From contig CAWCLO010000007.1 of the NCBI GenBank assembly GCA_963796455.1, forward strand, positions 96,001-160,000: a stretch of 64,000 nt of DNA. The letters run 5' to 3'. Both the position numbers and the translations under genes were made by a program. This document shows, piece by piece, positions 1-11,744 of this stretch; the stretch's first letter is position 1; each line of letters opens with the position of its first letter. The notes beneath the pieces were generated by a model. That model saw only the letters and a program-made list of their open reading frames with translations. It did not search any database and was not told the origin of the DNA. This DNA is from Candidatus Sulfomarinibacteraceae bacterium (GTDB lineage Bacteria > Acidobacteriota > Thermoanaerobaculia > Thermoanaerobaculales > Sulfomarinibacteraceae).

Positions 1-1
1 C

Positions 2-742
2 CGAAAAAGCGTTTGCAGGATCGGGGTGAACTTCGATGAAGAAGCCATCGACGCCGGCCCCGGCCGCCGCCCGCGCCAGATAGGGGTGGAACTCTCGGGC
101 TCCGCCGGTGGCGTGGCCGAGGCCTCCCGGAAGTTGCAGCGAATGGGTTGCATCGAAGACCACGGGAGCAAATTGGCGCATGGTCGGCAACCCCCGCATG
201 TCGACCACCAGATTGTGATAACCAAAGGTCGATCCGCGTTCGGTCAGGACGATTTTTTCATTGCCTGTGGCCGCCACCTTTTCAACCACATTGGCCATGT
301 CCTCGGGTGCCAGGAACTGGCCCTTTTTGACGTTCACCGGAAGACCGGTCTCGCCGCAGGCATGGAGCAAATCGGTTTGCCGGCACAAGAACGCCGGCAC
401 CTGCAACATATCGACCACTTCCGCTGCCTGCGCTGCCTGCTGAGGATGGTGGACATCGGTGATCACCGGCATCCCGGTCACTCGTTTGACCTCGGCCAGT
501 GCCTCGAGGCCAGCATCCACCCCGGGCCCGCGAAAGCTCGACTCCGACGACCGGTTCGCCTTGTCATAGGACGCCTTGAAGACAACCGGCACACCATGGC
601 GCTGGGTGATTTCCTGAATCCGTCCAGCCACCTCGACAACAAAATCCCGCGACTCGACAACACATGGACCGGCGAGATAAACAGGCCGCGCACCGTTCCC
701 AATCTCAATCCCCGGAGCGATCTCGAAGCTCTTGATTGTCAT
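2..742 (-). CDS. kdsA: 3-deoxy-8-phosphooctulonate (KDO8P) synthase, 3' end outside the window
   Basis: Manual translation from ATG at 742: MTIKSFEIAPGIEIGNGARPVYLAGPCVVES...FKASYDKANRSS...QVPAFLCRQTDLL...NVKKGQFLAP...TERGSTFGYHNLVVDMRG; downstream of pyrG. Confidence 0.95.
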   Translation of the reverse strand, partial: MTIKSFEIAPGIEIGNGARPVYLAGPCVVESRDFVVEVAGRIQEITQRHGVPVVFKASYDKANRSSESSFRGPGVDAGLEALAEVKRVTGMPVITDVHHPQQAAQAAEVVDMLQVPAFLCRQTDLLHACGETGLPVNVKKGQFLAPEDMANVVEKVAATGNEKIVLTERGSTFGYHNLVVDMRGLPTMRQFAPVVFDATHSLQLPGGLGHATGGAREFHPYLARAAAGAGVDGFFIEVHPDPANAFS

Positions 743-784
743 GGGAGGTAGTTTACCAGCAGGTGACCGGATCCTTGATCGTCG

Positions 785-1249
785 GTCACTGCTGTACAAA
801 ACAAATCGTCCTATGACGTTGGCCACTTGACGTCACGAGGTCTGCGGGTTGGATTCTGGCATTTCCGATTCGCCGTTGCCCCGAGTCCGAGTCCGTGTCC
901 ACGCCCGTATTACAGCGGCAGCGACGGCGTCCAGGGACAGCGACAGGCAGCAGCGACAGAAAACAGCGATCAGTGTTCAGCGGCAGCGGTCAGCGATCAG
1001 CTGCCGTGACGGCGTGGCCACCTCCGGGTCGTTCAACGGAAGGAACGGCCGTTGTGGTGTGAGCGTCTCGCCTGCACACCGTGCGGCCGAGACGGCCGCA
1101 CCACAAAGGCCTGAGCCCCGAAGCAGTGAGCGCTGTTCGCTGTCGCTGTTCCCTGTCCCTGCCGCCGATCGCTGGCGCTGATGACTGAACGCCGCCGCTG
1201 TCCCTGAACGTTATCCGAGACACTGTCTTGGACAAGAGTGAGCAGTGAT
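785..1249 (+). mobile_element. Nested TIR element family A, copy 1 (REP-doublet core)
   Basis: Ends TCACTGCTGTACAAAAC / CTGTCTTGGACAAGAGTGA; internal CAGCGA and CGCTGT arms; similar to copies at 4860, 7303, 37818, 42622, 47478. Confidence 0.8.
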
Positions 1250-1306
1250 CCTGCATCCAGCATCCAGCATCCAGCATCCAGCATCCAGCATCGAGTATCG
1301 AGCATC
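1248..1306. repeat. Heptamer tandem repeat (CAGCATC/GAGYATC)n
   Basis: About 8 units read directly. Confidence 0.9.
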
Positions 1307-1320
1307 GCCTCGCGGTGATT

Positions 1321-3817
<2,497 letters not shown>

Positions 3818-3863
3818 CGATGCTATCGACCGTCGACGGTGGAGTCAAGGGGCAAAACCAATA

Positions 3864-4041
3864 TTCATACAATCGTTTGTTAGTTTTTGCTAATTTATTC
3901 TTTTATAGCAATTTACATAACCAATATTCAATAAAACACTCGTCAAAAACCGACCCGGGCGTAAAAAAACCACGGGCCGCCTTCTCAGACCAGGAATAAG
4001 TTGAGACTGGTGCCTAAAAATGATACAAACAACTGTATGAA
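3864..4041. promoter_or_regulatory. AT-rich divergent promoter region with two candidate TetR operators
   Basis: TTCATACAATCGTTTGT (3864-3880) nearly matches the reverse complement of ACAAACAACTGTATGAA (4025-4041), which overlaps the TetR ATG. Confidence 0.5.
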
Positions 4042-4645
4042 TTTAACGACCCGCGAACGACTGATCGAGGCCGCGATGCGTCTTTTTGCCGACGGAGGGT
4101 ATCGAGGAGCGTCGGTGCGCGATATCTGCAACCACGCAGGCGCAAACCCCGGTGCGATTTCTTATCACTTCGGCGGCAAGCGCCAGCTCTATCGGGCGGT
4201 TCTGCGGCGAGCAGCATCCGATCTTGCCGATACCGGACCCGTGGCCGCGGACGAAAACGGCGAAGCCGCGCCACTTCAGATCCGCGAAGTCCTCCGCCGG
4301 GTCTTTGTCCGGACCGGGGAAAACCAGATCGCCACCCGGCTCCTGCTGCGTGATCTTGCCGACGGAGGAGCGGTTGCCGTTGAATCACTGACCCCGCCGC
4401 TTCGCAACGCATTCAAAGAGATCGCCAATTCACTCGGGCACGGCGACAACCCCCGGGCGAGCTTGGAAAGCCGGCTGTTGTTTCTCGATCTCGCCGCTCC
4501 GATTTTTGTCTTGACCGCAGCCTGGCCCATCGTCGCGCAGGCCCTTGAACTCGATATCGATCAGCGCGAGGCATTGTTCGAGAGGATGGTGGGGCGCGCA
4601 CTGGAATCGGGTGGAGAAGGCGAGGAGATAGAAGCTAGATGCTAG
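4037..4645 (+). CDS. TetR/AcrR family transcriptional regulator
   Basis: N-terminal TRERLIEAAMRLFADGGYRGASVRDIC...ISYHFGGKRQLY helix-turn-helix. Confidence 0.92.
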   Translation: MNLTTRERLIEAAMRLFADGGYRGASVRDICNHAGANPGAISYHFGGKRQLYRAVLRRAASDLADTGPVAADENGEAAPLQIREVLRRVFVRTGENQIATRLLLRDLADGGAVAVESLTPPLRNAFKEIANSLGHGDNPRASLESRLLFLDLAAPIFVLTAAWPIVAQALELDIDQREALFERMVGRALESGGEGEEIEARC

Positions 4646-4754
4646 ATGCTAGATGCTAGATGCTAGATGCTAGATGCTAGATGCTAGATGCTAGATGCTA
4701 GATGCTAGATGCTAGATGCTAGATGCTAGATGCTAGATGCTAGATGCTAGATGC
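4634..4754. repeat. Perfect heptamer array (GCTAGAT)x17
   Basis: Counted directly; supplies the TAG stop of the TetR gene. Confidence 0.97.
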
Positions 4755-4859
4755 GGCAAGATCGTCGACTATCCCCAACCGATGTCAAGAGCATTTCTGA
4801 AATCTTGTTGATCTGCCGATTGCAGAGGTTGATGAAAGAGGCTGAATCCTGCTTCCTGC
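4755..4859. repeat. ~95-bp core (family B) between inverted heptamer arrays
   Basis: Close to 7198-7302 by eye (TGTCAAGAGCATTTCTGAA...GATCTGCCGATTGCAG...GAAAGAGGCTGAATCC). Confidence 0.85.
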
Positions 4860-5357
4860 ATCACTCTTGTCCAAAACAGGTCGTCACCTGAAGTTTCCCA
4901 CCTGACACCATGTGGTTTAAGGGTTGGTTTTTGGCATATCCGGTTCGCGGCTGCCCGTGCCCGTGTCCGCGTCCGCGTCCGAATTGCAGCGGCAGCGACA
5001 GTGTCCAGGGTGCAGGGACAGCGACAGGAGGCAGCGTCAGCGGCAGGGATCAGCGACGGAGATCAGCAATCAGTGTTCAGCGGCAGCGGTCAGGAGTCCA
5101 GTCGCCGAAGTGGCAACCTCCTGGTAGTTCAACCAAAGGAACGGCCGCTGTGGTGTAGGCGTCTCGCCTGCACACCGTGCGGCCGAGACGGCCGCACCAC
5201 AAAGGCCGGAGCCCCGAAGAAGTGAGTGCTGTTCGCTGTCCCGGCCGTTGATCGCTGACGCCGATGACTGAACGCTGATGCTGACTACTGTCCCTGCTTG
5301 CCGTCCCTGTCGCTGTTCCTGAAATCTGTCCGAGACTCCGTCTTGGACAAGAGTGAT
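4860..5357 (+). mobile_element. Nested TIR element family A, copy 2 (REP-doublet core)
   Basis: ATCACTCTTGTCCAAAAC ... GTCTTGGACAAGAGTGAT; flanked by CCWGCAT heptamers. Confidence 0.88.
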
Positions 5358-5394
5358 CCAGCATCCAGTATCTTGCACCCAGCGCGCTCCCGCG

Positions 5395-6531
5395 CTACAG
5401 CACCTCTTCGGTGATGACGAATTCCACCCCGTGTCGTGCGAGGTACTGGAAAATGTAGTCGTAGCAAGCCGCATCGCGACCCACGATTTCTGGTGGTGAC
5501 AGTCCTTTTTCCGAAAAGAGGCCGTCGGCAATCGCGTTGACCATCGCCGTACAGGTATAGCCGGTCGTGCGGGCCATCGAGGTGATCCCGGTTTCGTGAT
5601 TGTAGCGGTCGAGGAGATCCCACCGCCGGATGACATATTCGCCGTCGACCACGCCCTCGACCTCGACCCGCATCACCGTCACATCCTCCTCCCCTTCTTC
5701 CAGTTGCCAGGCAGGAATCAAGAGTTTGGCGGTGAGATCGATCGGCCGAACCTCGGTGTCGCCGACGACCATCGGTTCTTCGTCGAAAAACCCGGTATCG
5801 CGAAGCATCGACATCTGTTCGCAATGCCCCGGGTAGCGCATCGTCTTTTCCTTCATATCCGGAACCTTGGAGGTCTTGAGCAGGGTCCGGAGACCATCGG
5901 TATTGAAAGCCTCGAGTGTGCCGACCCTGTCAAAGTCCAGCGCCTCGATCTCGGACAGCGCCGGTCTGGTCACGATCTCACCGGCCTCGACCAGTCGAGC
6001 CGGCCTCGTGTATTCGGCGATCACATCAATGGGCGAAAAGGGCGCCTTGTACTGAAAGGGCCAGTGGCGTGCGACAGGCACCCCACCGACATAGCACCGG
6101 AAGGCATCCACACGTTCCCAGGAAGCCTCCGCGCGACCGAGGATCAGATTCGAACAACCGGGCGCCACGCCGCAGTCCATGACGGCCGTGACTCCGCGAT
6201 TCACGGCAACCAGATGGAGCGGCCACGGCTCTTCTTCGAAAAAGGAGATATCAACGACATTGACGCCGCCTTCGATGATTCTGCCCAGGGTCGAGAAACC
6301 CATCGGACCCGGCACGGCACCGACCACAAGATCACATCCGGCAATGACCCGGTCTATCTCGGTGGGAACCCCAAGATCGGCGCATTCGGTGCGCAGTCCC
6401 GAAACCCGACTCAAGCGACCAAGAGCCTGCTCCGATAAATCCGCAACCGTCAGGTCGAATCGACCCGCCGCCGCCAGATCCCGCGCCATCGCCTCTCCCA
6501 CTCTTCCTGCTCCAAGAATGACAATCCTCAT
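5395..6531 (-). CDS. Saccharopine dehydrogenase / lysine 6-dehydrogenase family oxidoreductase
   Basis: MRIVILGAGRVG Rossmann start, DCGVAPG, EAFNTDGLRTL, KTMRYPGH, SMARTTGY. Confidence 0.9.
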   Translation of the reverse strand: MRIVILGAGRVGEAMARDLAAAGRFDLTVADLSEQALGRLSRVSGLRTECADLGVPTEIDRVIAGCDLVVGAVPGPMGFSTLGRIIEGGVNVVDISFFEEEPWPLHLVAVNRGVTAVMDCGVAPGCSNLILGRAEASWERVDAFRCYVGGVPVARHWPFQYKAPFSPIDVIAEYTRPARLVEAGEIVTRPALSEIEALDFDRVGTLEAFNTDGLRTLLKTSKVPDMKEKTMRYPGHCEQMSMLRDTGFFDEEPMVVGDTEVRPIDLTAKLLIPAWQLEEGEEDVTVMRVEVEGVVDGEYVIRRWDLLDRYNHETGITSMARTTGYTCTAMVNAIADGLFSEKGLSPPEIVGRDAACYDYIFQYLARHGVEFVITEEVL

Positions 6532-6667
6532 CAACACCTCCGGGTGGGAAAGATTACACCACCCTCCGTCCCTCACGATACCCATGTGGCGAACTTCTCC
6601 TGCCGGAGACCCGGCTGGACAGATATCCTGTTATTGAGTAAAAACACTCGCGCGAAGGAGTGCTCGA

Positions 6668-7066
6668 ATGGCTGAAAGAAACAATCTCCAAACCCTCATG
6701 CTCATCCTCGAAGCGTTCAACAGCAACGACGTCGATGCAGCCTCCGAACACGTGGCCGAAGACGTCGTCTACACTGTTCGCGGTCGCGCCTCGGTCAGCG
6801 GCACCTTTCACGGTCGCGAAGAGGTCGCCGGAGTCTTGCGACGGATCAAAGAAATGACCGGCGGCACCATGATCGGCATCCCCGAGGTGGTGTTGTCGAA
6901 CGGCAACCACGTCATGATGTATATGAATATCAGTGGACTGCGACCCGACGGCCGCCGGTACGACAACTACCAGGCTTATCTCTACCGTTTTCGCGACGGC
7001 CAACTCATCGAAGGCCAAACCATACCCGTGGATCAGCACGCCTTTGCGGAGTTTCTCGCGGATTAG
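6668..7066 (+). CDS. SnoaL-like / NTF2 family protein
   Basis: EAFNSNDVDAASEHVAEDVVYTV...GTFHGREEV...LYRFRDGQL; AAGGAG RBS. Confidence 0.85.
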   Translation: MAERNNLQTLMLILEAFNSNDVDAASEHVAEDVVYTVRGRASVSGTFHGREEVAGVLRRIKEMTGGTMIGIPEVVLSNGNHVMMYMNISGLRPDGRRYDNYQAYLYRFRDGQLIEGQTIPVDQHAFAEFLAD

Positions 7067-7082
7067 TGGAGGCCTCACGGCC

Positions 7083-7197
7083 GCTGGATGCTGGATGCTG
7101 GATGCTAGAATGCTAGATGCTAGATGCTAGATGCTAGATGCTAGATGCTAGATGCTAGATGCTAGATGCTAGATGCTAGATGCTAGATGCTAGATGC
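7083..7197. repeat. Heptamer array (GCTGGAT)x3, GCTAGAAT, (GCTAGAT)x12
   Basis: Counted directly. Confidence 0.95.
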
Positions 7198-7302
7198 GGC
7201 AAAACTGTCGATTATCCCCGACCAATGTCAAGAGCATTTCTGAAGTCTTGATGATCTGCCGATTGCAGGGTTTGAGGAAAGAGGCTGAATCCAGCATCCA
7301 GT
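7198..7302. repeat. Family B core, copy 2
   Basis: Similar to 4755-4859. Confidence 0.85.
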
Positions 7303-7761
7303 ATCACCGCTGTCCAAAATAGATCGTCACCTGAAGTTTCCCACATGACAACACGTGGTTTATGGGTTGGTTTTCGGCATATCCGGTTCGCGGTTGCCCG
7401 TGCCTGTGCCCGTGCCCGCGTCCGAATTGCAGCGGCAGCGACAGTTTCCAGCGACAGCGACAGGGAGCAGCGACCGGGTTCAGCGATCAGTGTTCAGCGG
7501 CAGCGATCAGGAGTCCAGGCGACGAAGTGGCCTCCTCCGGGTGGTTCAACAGAAGGAACAGCCGTTGTGGTGTAGGCGTCTCGCCTGCACACCGTGCGGC
7601 CGAGACGGCCGCACCACAAAGGCCGGAACCCGAAGAAGTGAATGCTGTTCGCTGTCCCGGCCGCTGATCACTGACGCTGATGACTGATTGCTGCCGCTGA
7701 CTCCTGATCTCTGTCGCTGTCCCTGTTCGCTATCCGAGACTCTGTCTTGGACAAGAGTGAT
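7303..7761 (+). mobile_element. Nested TIR element family A, copy 3 (REP-doublet core)
   Basis: ATCACCGCTGTCCAAAATAG ... CTGTCTTGGACAAGAGTGAT; followed by (TCSAGYA)n heptamers to ~7832. Confidence 0.88.
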
Positions 7762-7852
7762 CCAATATCCAGCATCCAGTATCGAGCATCGAGCATCGAG
7801 CATCGAGTATCGGTATCGTGCATCCAGTATCAGCGACAGACAGGGAGCCATC

Positions 7853-8236
7853 ATAAACCTCGAAAAACTCAAGAGCTATCTCACGGCAAAGCACGGTGCT
7901 TCCGAGGGCGCAGCTTTCGGACCCGAACATCTGACCTACAAGGTCATGGGCAAGCTCTTCACCGTCGTTTCCTGGAACGAAGAGCCCGTTCGGATGTCGC
8001 TCAAGTGTGATCCGGCCAAGGTCGACGTCTTGCGTAAGGTGTTTTCGGCTGTCCAACCGCCCCCCTATTTCAACAAGAAACATTGGAATCTGATCATTCT
8101 CGATGGCTCGGTGCCCGAGGCGGAATTCGCAGCCATGATCGACGAGTCCTATGACCTGGTAGCCAAAGGGCTGACACGACGACAGCAGGACGAACTGGAT
8201 TCGACAATTCCTCAGCCCAGGGCCTCCCGCACATAA
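7853..8236 (+). CDS. MmcQ/YjbR family DNA-binding protein (apparent ATA start)
   Basis: FGPEHLTYKVMGKLF, SLKCDP, PYFNKKHWN, MIDESYDLV; GGAG RBS precedes ATAAACCTC. Confidence 0.85.
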   Translation: MNLEKLKSYLTAKHGASEGAAFGPEHLTYKVMGKLFTVVSWNEEPVRMSLKCDPAKVDVLRKVFSAVQPPPYFNKKHWNLIILDGSVPEAEFAAMIDESYDLVAKGLTRRQQDELDSTIPQPRASRT

Positions 8237-8306
8237 AACCGAAGCGCGGAATCCATCACTCGGCGCGTCGGTTGCCATAAGAAACACCAGATAGGACGGT
8301 GGCGGT

Positions 8307-8747
8307 ATGGAAGTCAAGAAGCAGGTCTCCTTCAGAACTCTGGTTCGGGCCGAGCCGGCAAAGGTCTACGACGCATTTGCCACCAGCGAGGGACTCGACT
8401 CGTGGTTTACCACCGGTACCGAACTTGACCCCCGTCCCGGCGGCAGCATCACCCTTCGATGGAAGGACTGGGGACCCGAGAAGTACACCGGCGAACATTC
8501 GGGGCCGGTTCTCGAAGCTGATCGCCCTCGTCGATTCTCGTTCCGGTGGTTGGTGGATTCCGGCGGCTACGAGACCACGGTCGAGATCGACTTCAGTGCC
8601 TGTGACGAAGGCACCTCGGTCGAATTGATCGAGCATGGTTATCAAGAAGGCCCCGACTTCCAGCAGGACATGATCAACCGGGCATCCGGCTGGGCCCAGG
8701 CGTTGACTTTGATGAAGTTCTACGTCGAACACGGCGTCACCTACTGA
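8307..8747 (+). CDS. SRPBCC / AHSA1-like domain protein
   Basis: VRAEPAKVYDAFATSEGLDSWF...DPRPGG...GWAQALTLMKFYVEHG. Confidence 0.88.
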   Translation: MEVKKQVSFRTLVRAEPAKVYDAFATSEGLDSWFTTGTELDPRPGGSITLRWKDWGPEKYTGEHSGPVLEADRPRRFSFRWLVDSGGYETTVEIDFSACDEGTSVELIEHGYQEGPDFQQDMINRASGWAQALTLMKFYVEHGVTY

Positions 8748-9052
8748 GCACGGGGTCCCCGAAAACATGCACACCGTCGAGTACAAAATGCCCTCAGAAA
8801 AAAATTCCGAAAACGAGGACGACCGGGCGAAGGCAACCTGATCAGCGTTCCAGTTCCGCCGAAGTCACGGCTCCAAAACAATGTCGCGGACTGCAACGAA
8901 GGACCCGTCGCCCGGCCGCTGAAGAATCACGACACCATCGCCAGAACAACAGGGATTCTCGAGCAGCCGTGACACCCGATGTTTCGGCTCATGACAAACC
9001 CTCTTTCCGTGAATATCGTATTTCTTGAATAACCAACCGAAAGGGGCCATTG

Positions 9053-9346
9053 ATGCTTCCGGAAAAACAGGACAGAACATTTGGTGATTTCTACAAATCG
9101 GCCCGTTACAACAAGATACTCGACGAGAAGACGACCCTGATGATCCACCTCGCGGCCGCCATGTCGGTGGCATGCTATCCGTGAATGCAGCACTATCTTG
9201 GCGTGGCCAAGAAAAAGGGCGTGAGCGATGAGGAGATCGGCGCGGTGCAGTCGATCGTGATGGCGGTGGAAGCCGGTCGGGTGCGGGCTCAGTTTCGCGA
9301 GGCGCGAGAACGCAACGCAGAAAGAGGGACGGGTCGGCCTTCGTAA
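9053..9346 (+). CDS. Carboxymuconolactone decarboxylase/AhpD-like protein with in-frame UGA (probable selenoprotein, CxxU)
   Basis: MLPEKQDRTFGDFYKSARYNKILDEKTTLMIHLAAAMSVACYP-UGA(9182)-MQHYLGVAKKKGVSDEEIGAVQSIVMAVEAGRVRAQF; hairpin 11 nt after UGA. Confidence 0.85.
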
Positions 9347-9462
9347 CCTGATGATAGCGATCGCTTTGATCAAGATACTCACGGCCGATGGAGTCGGCAA
9401 CGACGCGGAATAGCCGGATGCGAGTTCTCGTAATGGATGGTAGCTTGAAAGAAGGACTTCTG

Positions 9463-9912
9463 ATGAATTGCCCGTCCTGCACTACGCCGATGATCGAGGA
9501 AACCCACCACGGCGTCACGGTGGATCGCTGCCAAAGCTGCCAGGGTTTCTGGTTCGATATCGAGGAAATCCAGCGCTATCTCAATGCCCGAGGCACTCTT
9601 CCGGGCCAGCCGGTTCCGAAAGACCCGGATTTTGTACAGGCCGAAACCGGCCCCGCACGCGAGTGTCCGTGCTGTGATGAAAACGCCCTCCACGAGGGCA
9701 GGCTCCGAGGAATCGCGTTTTCGCGATGCTCGTGGTGCGGCGGGATCTTTCTTTCCGGTGACGACCTCAACAAAATTCAGCGCGATATCAGCGACGGAAA
9801 AATGGCGCCCATTCCCGGGTCCGGCCGCTCGTATGGGGAACGTTTCACCGGTCTCGATTTTGCCGAAATCGCCTTTGGGCTCATTTTCGGGCTATTCGGC
9901 GGATTCGACTGA
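9463..9912 (+). CDS. Double zinc-ribbon (zf-TFIIB-like) protein
   Basis: MNCPSC...VDRCQSCQGFWFD; CPCC...CSWCGGIFL. Confidence 0.8.
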   Translation: MNCPSCTTPMIEETHHGVTVDRCQSCQGFWFDIEEIQRYLNARGTLPGQPVPKDPDFVQAETGPARECPCCDENALHEGRLRGIAFSRCSWCGGIFLSGDDLNKIQRDISDGKMAPIPGSGRSYGERFTGLDFAEIAFGLIFGLFGGFD

Positions 9913-10037
9913 ACGGTCCCGTCTCACGGACAAATGCGCACAAAATGACCAACACCTTCGAGTTTTCGTCGTATCCTTCTGTTGAGGCGAATGATCGGCG
10001 GACCAACCCACCCGGCCCGCCCCTGCTCTGGAGCATC

Positions 10038-10424
10038 ATGATCTGTCCCAACTGCAACGGAGAAATGAGCGAAGAAAGCCGCGGCGGAGTCAAACTGGAT
10101 CTCTGTCAGGTCTGCTTCGGTGTGTGGTTCGATGGCGGCGAACTCGAGGAATACCAGGCAGGCGGCGGTTCGGTGCGCTTGAGCGGCATCCCGGAATCGA
10201 AGTCACACTTCGAACCTCTGGGTGAATCGACCCACGTCAAGTGCCCGCGCTGCGAGAGCGACATCCTCCGCCACGGCAAGATCTCACGTCACAGAGTCAT
10301 GCGTTGCACCTCGTGCCGGGGGCTTTATCTGCCAAAGGCCAACTCGCGCTTCAAACATACTGAGGACAGCATTCTGGATTCTGCGATCGGCGCCTTCGAG
10401 GAGATCGTCAGCGCTCTCTTCTAG
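10038..10424 (+). CDS. Double zinc-ribbon (zf-TFIIB-like) protein, paralog
   Basis: MICPNC...LDLCQVCFGVWFDGGELE; CPRC...CTSCRGLY. Confidence 0.82.
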   Translation: MICPNCNGEMSEESRGGVKLDLCQVCFGVWFDGGELEEYQAGGGSVRLSGIPESKSHFEPLGESTHVKCPRCESDILRHGKISRHRVMRCTSCRGLYLPKANSRFKHTEDSILDSAIGAFEEIVSALF

Positions 10425-10752
10425 TTTTCTGAACGTCTGCCAGAAGTTTTCGCAGACTCTCGGCCTCGATGTGCTCCGGTTGTCGAAAACGCAGACAACT
10501 CCTACCGCAATCGGCGCCCGCGAACGCCTCGCGGTGCCTGTCCAAAACCTCGGGCATCACATACAGCGCGACATAGTGCTTCTGGGCCGCGAGGTTGGCC
10601 AGACCGGGATAGCCGAGCATGCCGTACTCGATGATCTCCTCGGCTTCGGGGACAACATCGAAGATCGCTCCCCGGATTGCCTCGAGCATGTCCCGCTGGG
10701 TCCCGGTGACCTCGTTACGGTAGGCCTCGGGTGAGTCGGCATCTCGTTTCAT
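10408..10752 (-). CDS. DUF1801 (YdhG-like) protein
   Basis: LEAIRGAIFDVVPEAEEIIEYGMLGY...LAAQKHYVALY...GRSCLRF. Confidence 0.85.
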   Translation of the reverse strand: MKRDADSPEAYRNEVTGTQRDMLEAIRGAIFDVVPEAEEIIEYGMLGYPGLANLAAQKHYVALYVMPEVLDRHREAFAGADCGRSCLRFRQPEHIEAESLRKLLADVQKTRRER

Positions 10753-11042
10753 GGCTGTGGGCTCCTCTCCGAACCGGCGACCCGTCTCTGTGGTGAATGT
10801 ATCTTGAACAACCGGCGATGTGCCATGATTATTCGCATTCGGGGTGCGAGGCCCTCGTCGATGTTGCTCGAGACGTCGATCTGGGGCCGAAAACATCACA
10901 AGGAATTTCGCACCACTGAAAGGAACTCTGTCATGAGGATCTGCTCGGAATTGCTTCGATTGACCATGATCTGCAGTGCAGTCATGTCCATCACCGGCAG
11001 CAGCCTCAGGATAGGAAAACCGTTCGGGAGTCCATCAACTCC

Positions 11043-11726
11043 ATGACCGATCCTGCCGCCTGGAACCACCGGCCGAAACTCAAGGTATGTTGCATCGCCA
11101 GTGTCGATGAGGCGAAGCTGGCGATCAGCCTCGGAGCCTCGGCGATCGGGCTGGTGTCTTGGATGCCGAGCGGTCCGGGTGTCATCCCGGAAGAATTGAT
11201 CGAAGAGATTGCGGCTTCCGTCCCATCCGGAATCTCTACTTTCCTGCTGACCAGCAGCGTCGAGATCGACCACATCATCCGCCAGCAACGGCGATTCAAA
11301 ACCGACACCATCCAGTTGGTTGATAGATTGCCGGCGGCGGGCGTCGACGAGCTCAAGCTGGCGCTCCCTCTGGTGACGATCGTCCAGGTCATTCACGTGC
11401 TGAACGAAAACTCGATCGATGACGCGTTGACTGCTGCAGAGTCAGCGGACGTACTCCTCCTCGATTCGGGGAATCCCGGTCTCCCGGTCAAGGAACTCGG
11501 CGGCACGGGAAGGACCCACAACTGGGCATTCAGCCGCCGAATCTGTAAGAAAGTGGATATTCCGGTTTACCTCGCGGGCGGTCTTACACCCGACAACATC
11601 TCCGAGGCGGTGCAACAGGTCAATCCGTATGGTGTCGATGTGTGCTCGGGCGTGCGAACCGACGGCCGTCTCGACCCTGAAAAACTGAGTCGCTTCACAG
11701 GAGCTCTAGTTTCTCCGATACCATGA
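11043..11726 (+). CDS. trpF: Phosphoribosylanthranilate isomerase (stand-alone TrpF-like)
   Basis: KVCCI, LLLDS, GGTGRTHNW, LAGGLTPDN, PYGVDVCSGV. Confidence 0.85.
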   Translation: MTDPAAWNHRPKLKVCCIASVDEAKLAISLGASAIGLVSWMPSGPGVIPEELIEEIAASVPSGISTFLLTSSVEIDHIIRQQRRFKTDTIQLVDRLPAAGVDELKLALPLVTIVQVIHVLNENSIDDALTAAESADVLLLDSGNPGLPVKELGGTGRTHNWAFSRRICKKVDIPVYLAGGLTPDNISEAVQQVNPYGVDVCSGVRTDGRLDPEKLSRFTGALVSPIP

Positions 11727-11744
11727 GCTGGCACGAGGGATTCC

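Noticed and set aside
26..751. Plus-strand 241-aa ORF and other long antisense ORFs (e.g. 20144-21571, 27679-29481, 52791-54224)
   Set aside because: Shadows of clearly identified genes on the opposite strand in GC-rich DNA
4770..4795. Outward-facing promoter from TTGACA in core B
   Set aside because: No convincing -10 hexamer at 16-18 nt in either copy
4930..4950. Sigma54 promoter in the conserved TTGGCATATCCGG segment of element A
   Set aside because: The -12 TTGC is not at the required spacing from TGGCA
4634..7832. CRISPR array
   Set aside because: Repeats are contiguous 7-mers or long dispersed elements; there are no 25-40 bp repeats with unique spacers and no cas genes
10760..11040. 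Possible gene or pseudogene between DUF1801 and trpF
   Set aside because: No frame gives a recognisable protein; not supportable from the sequence alone
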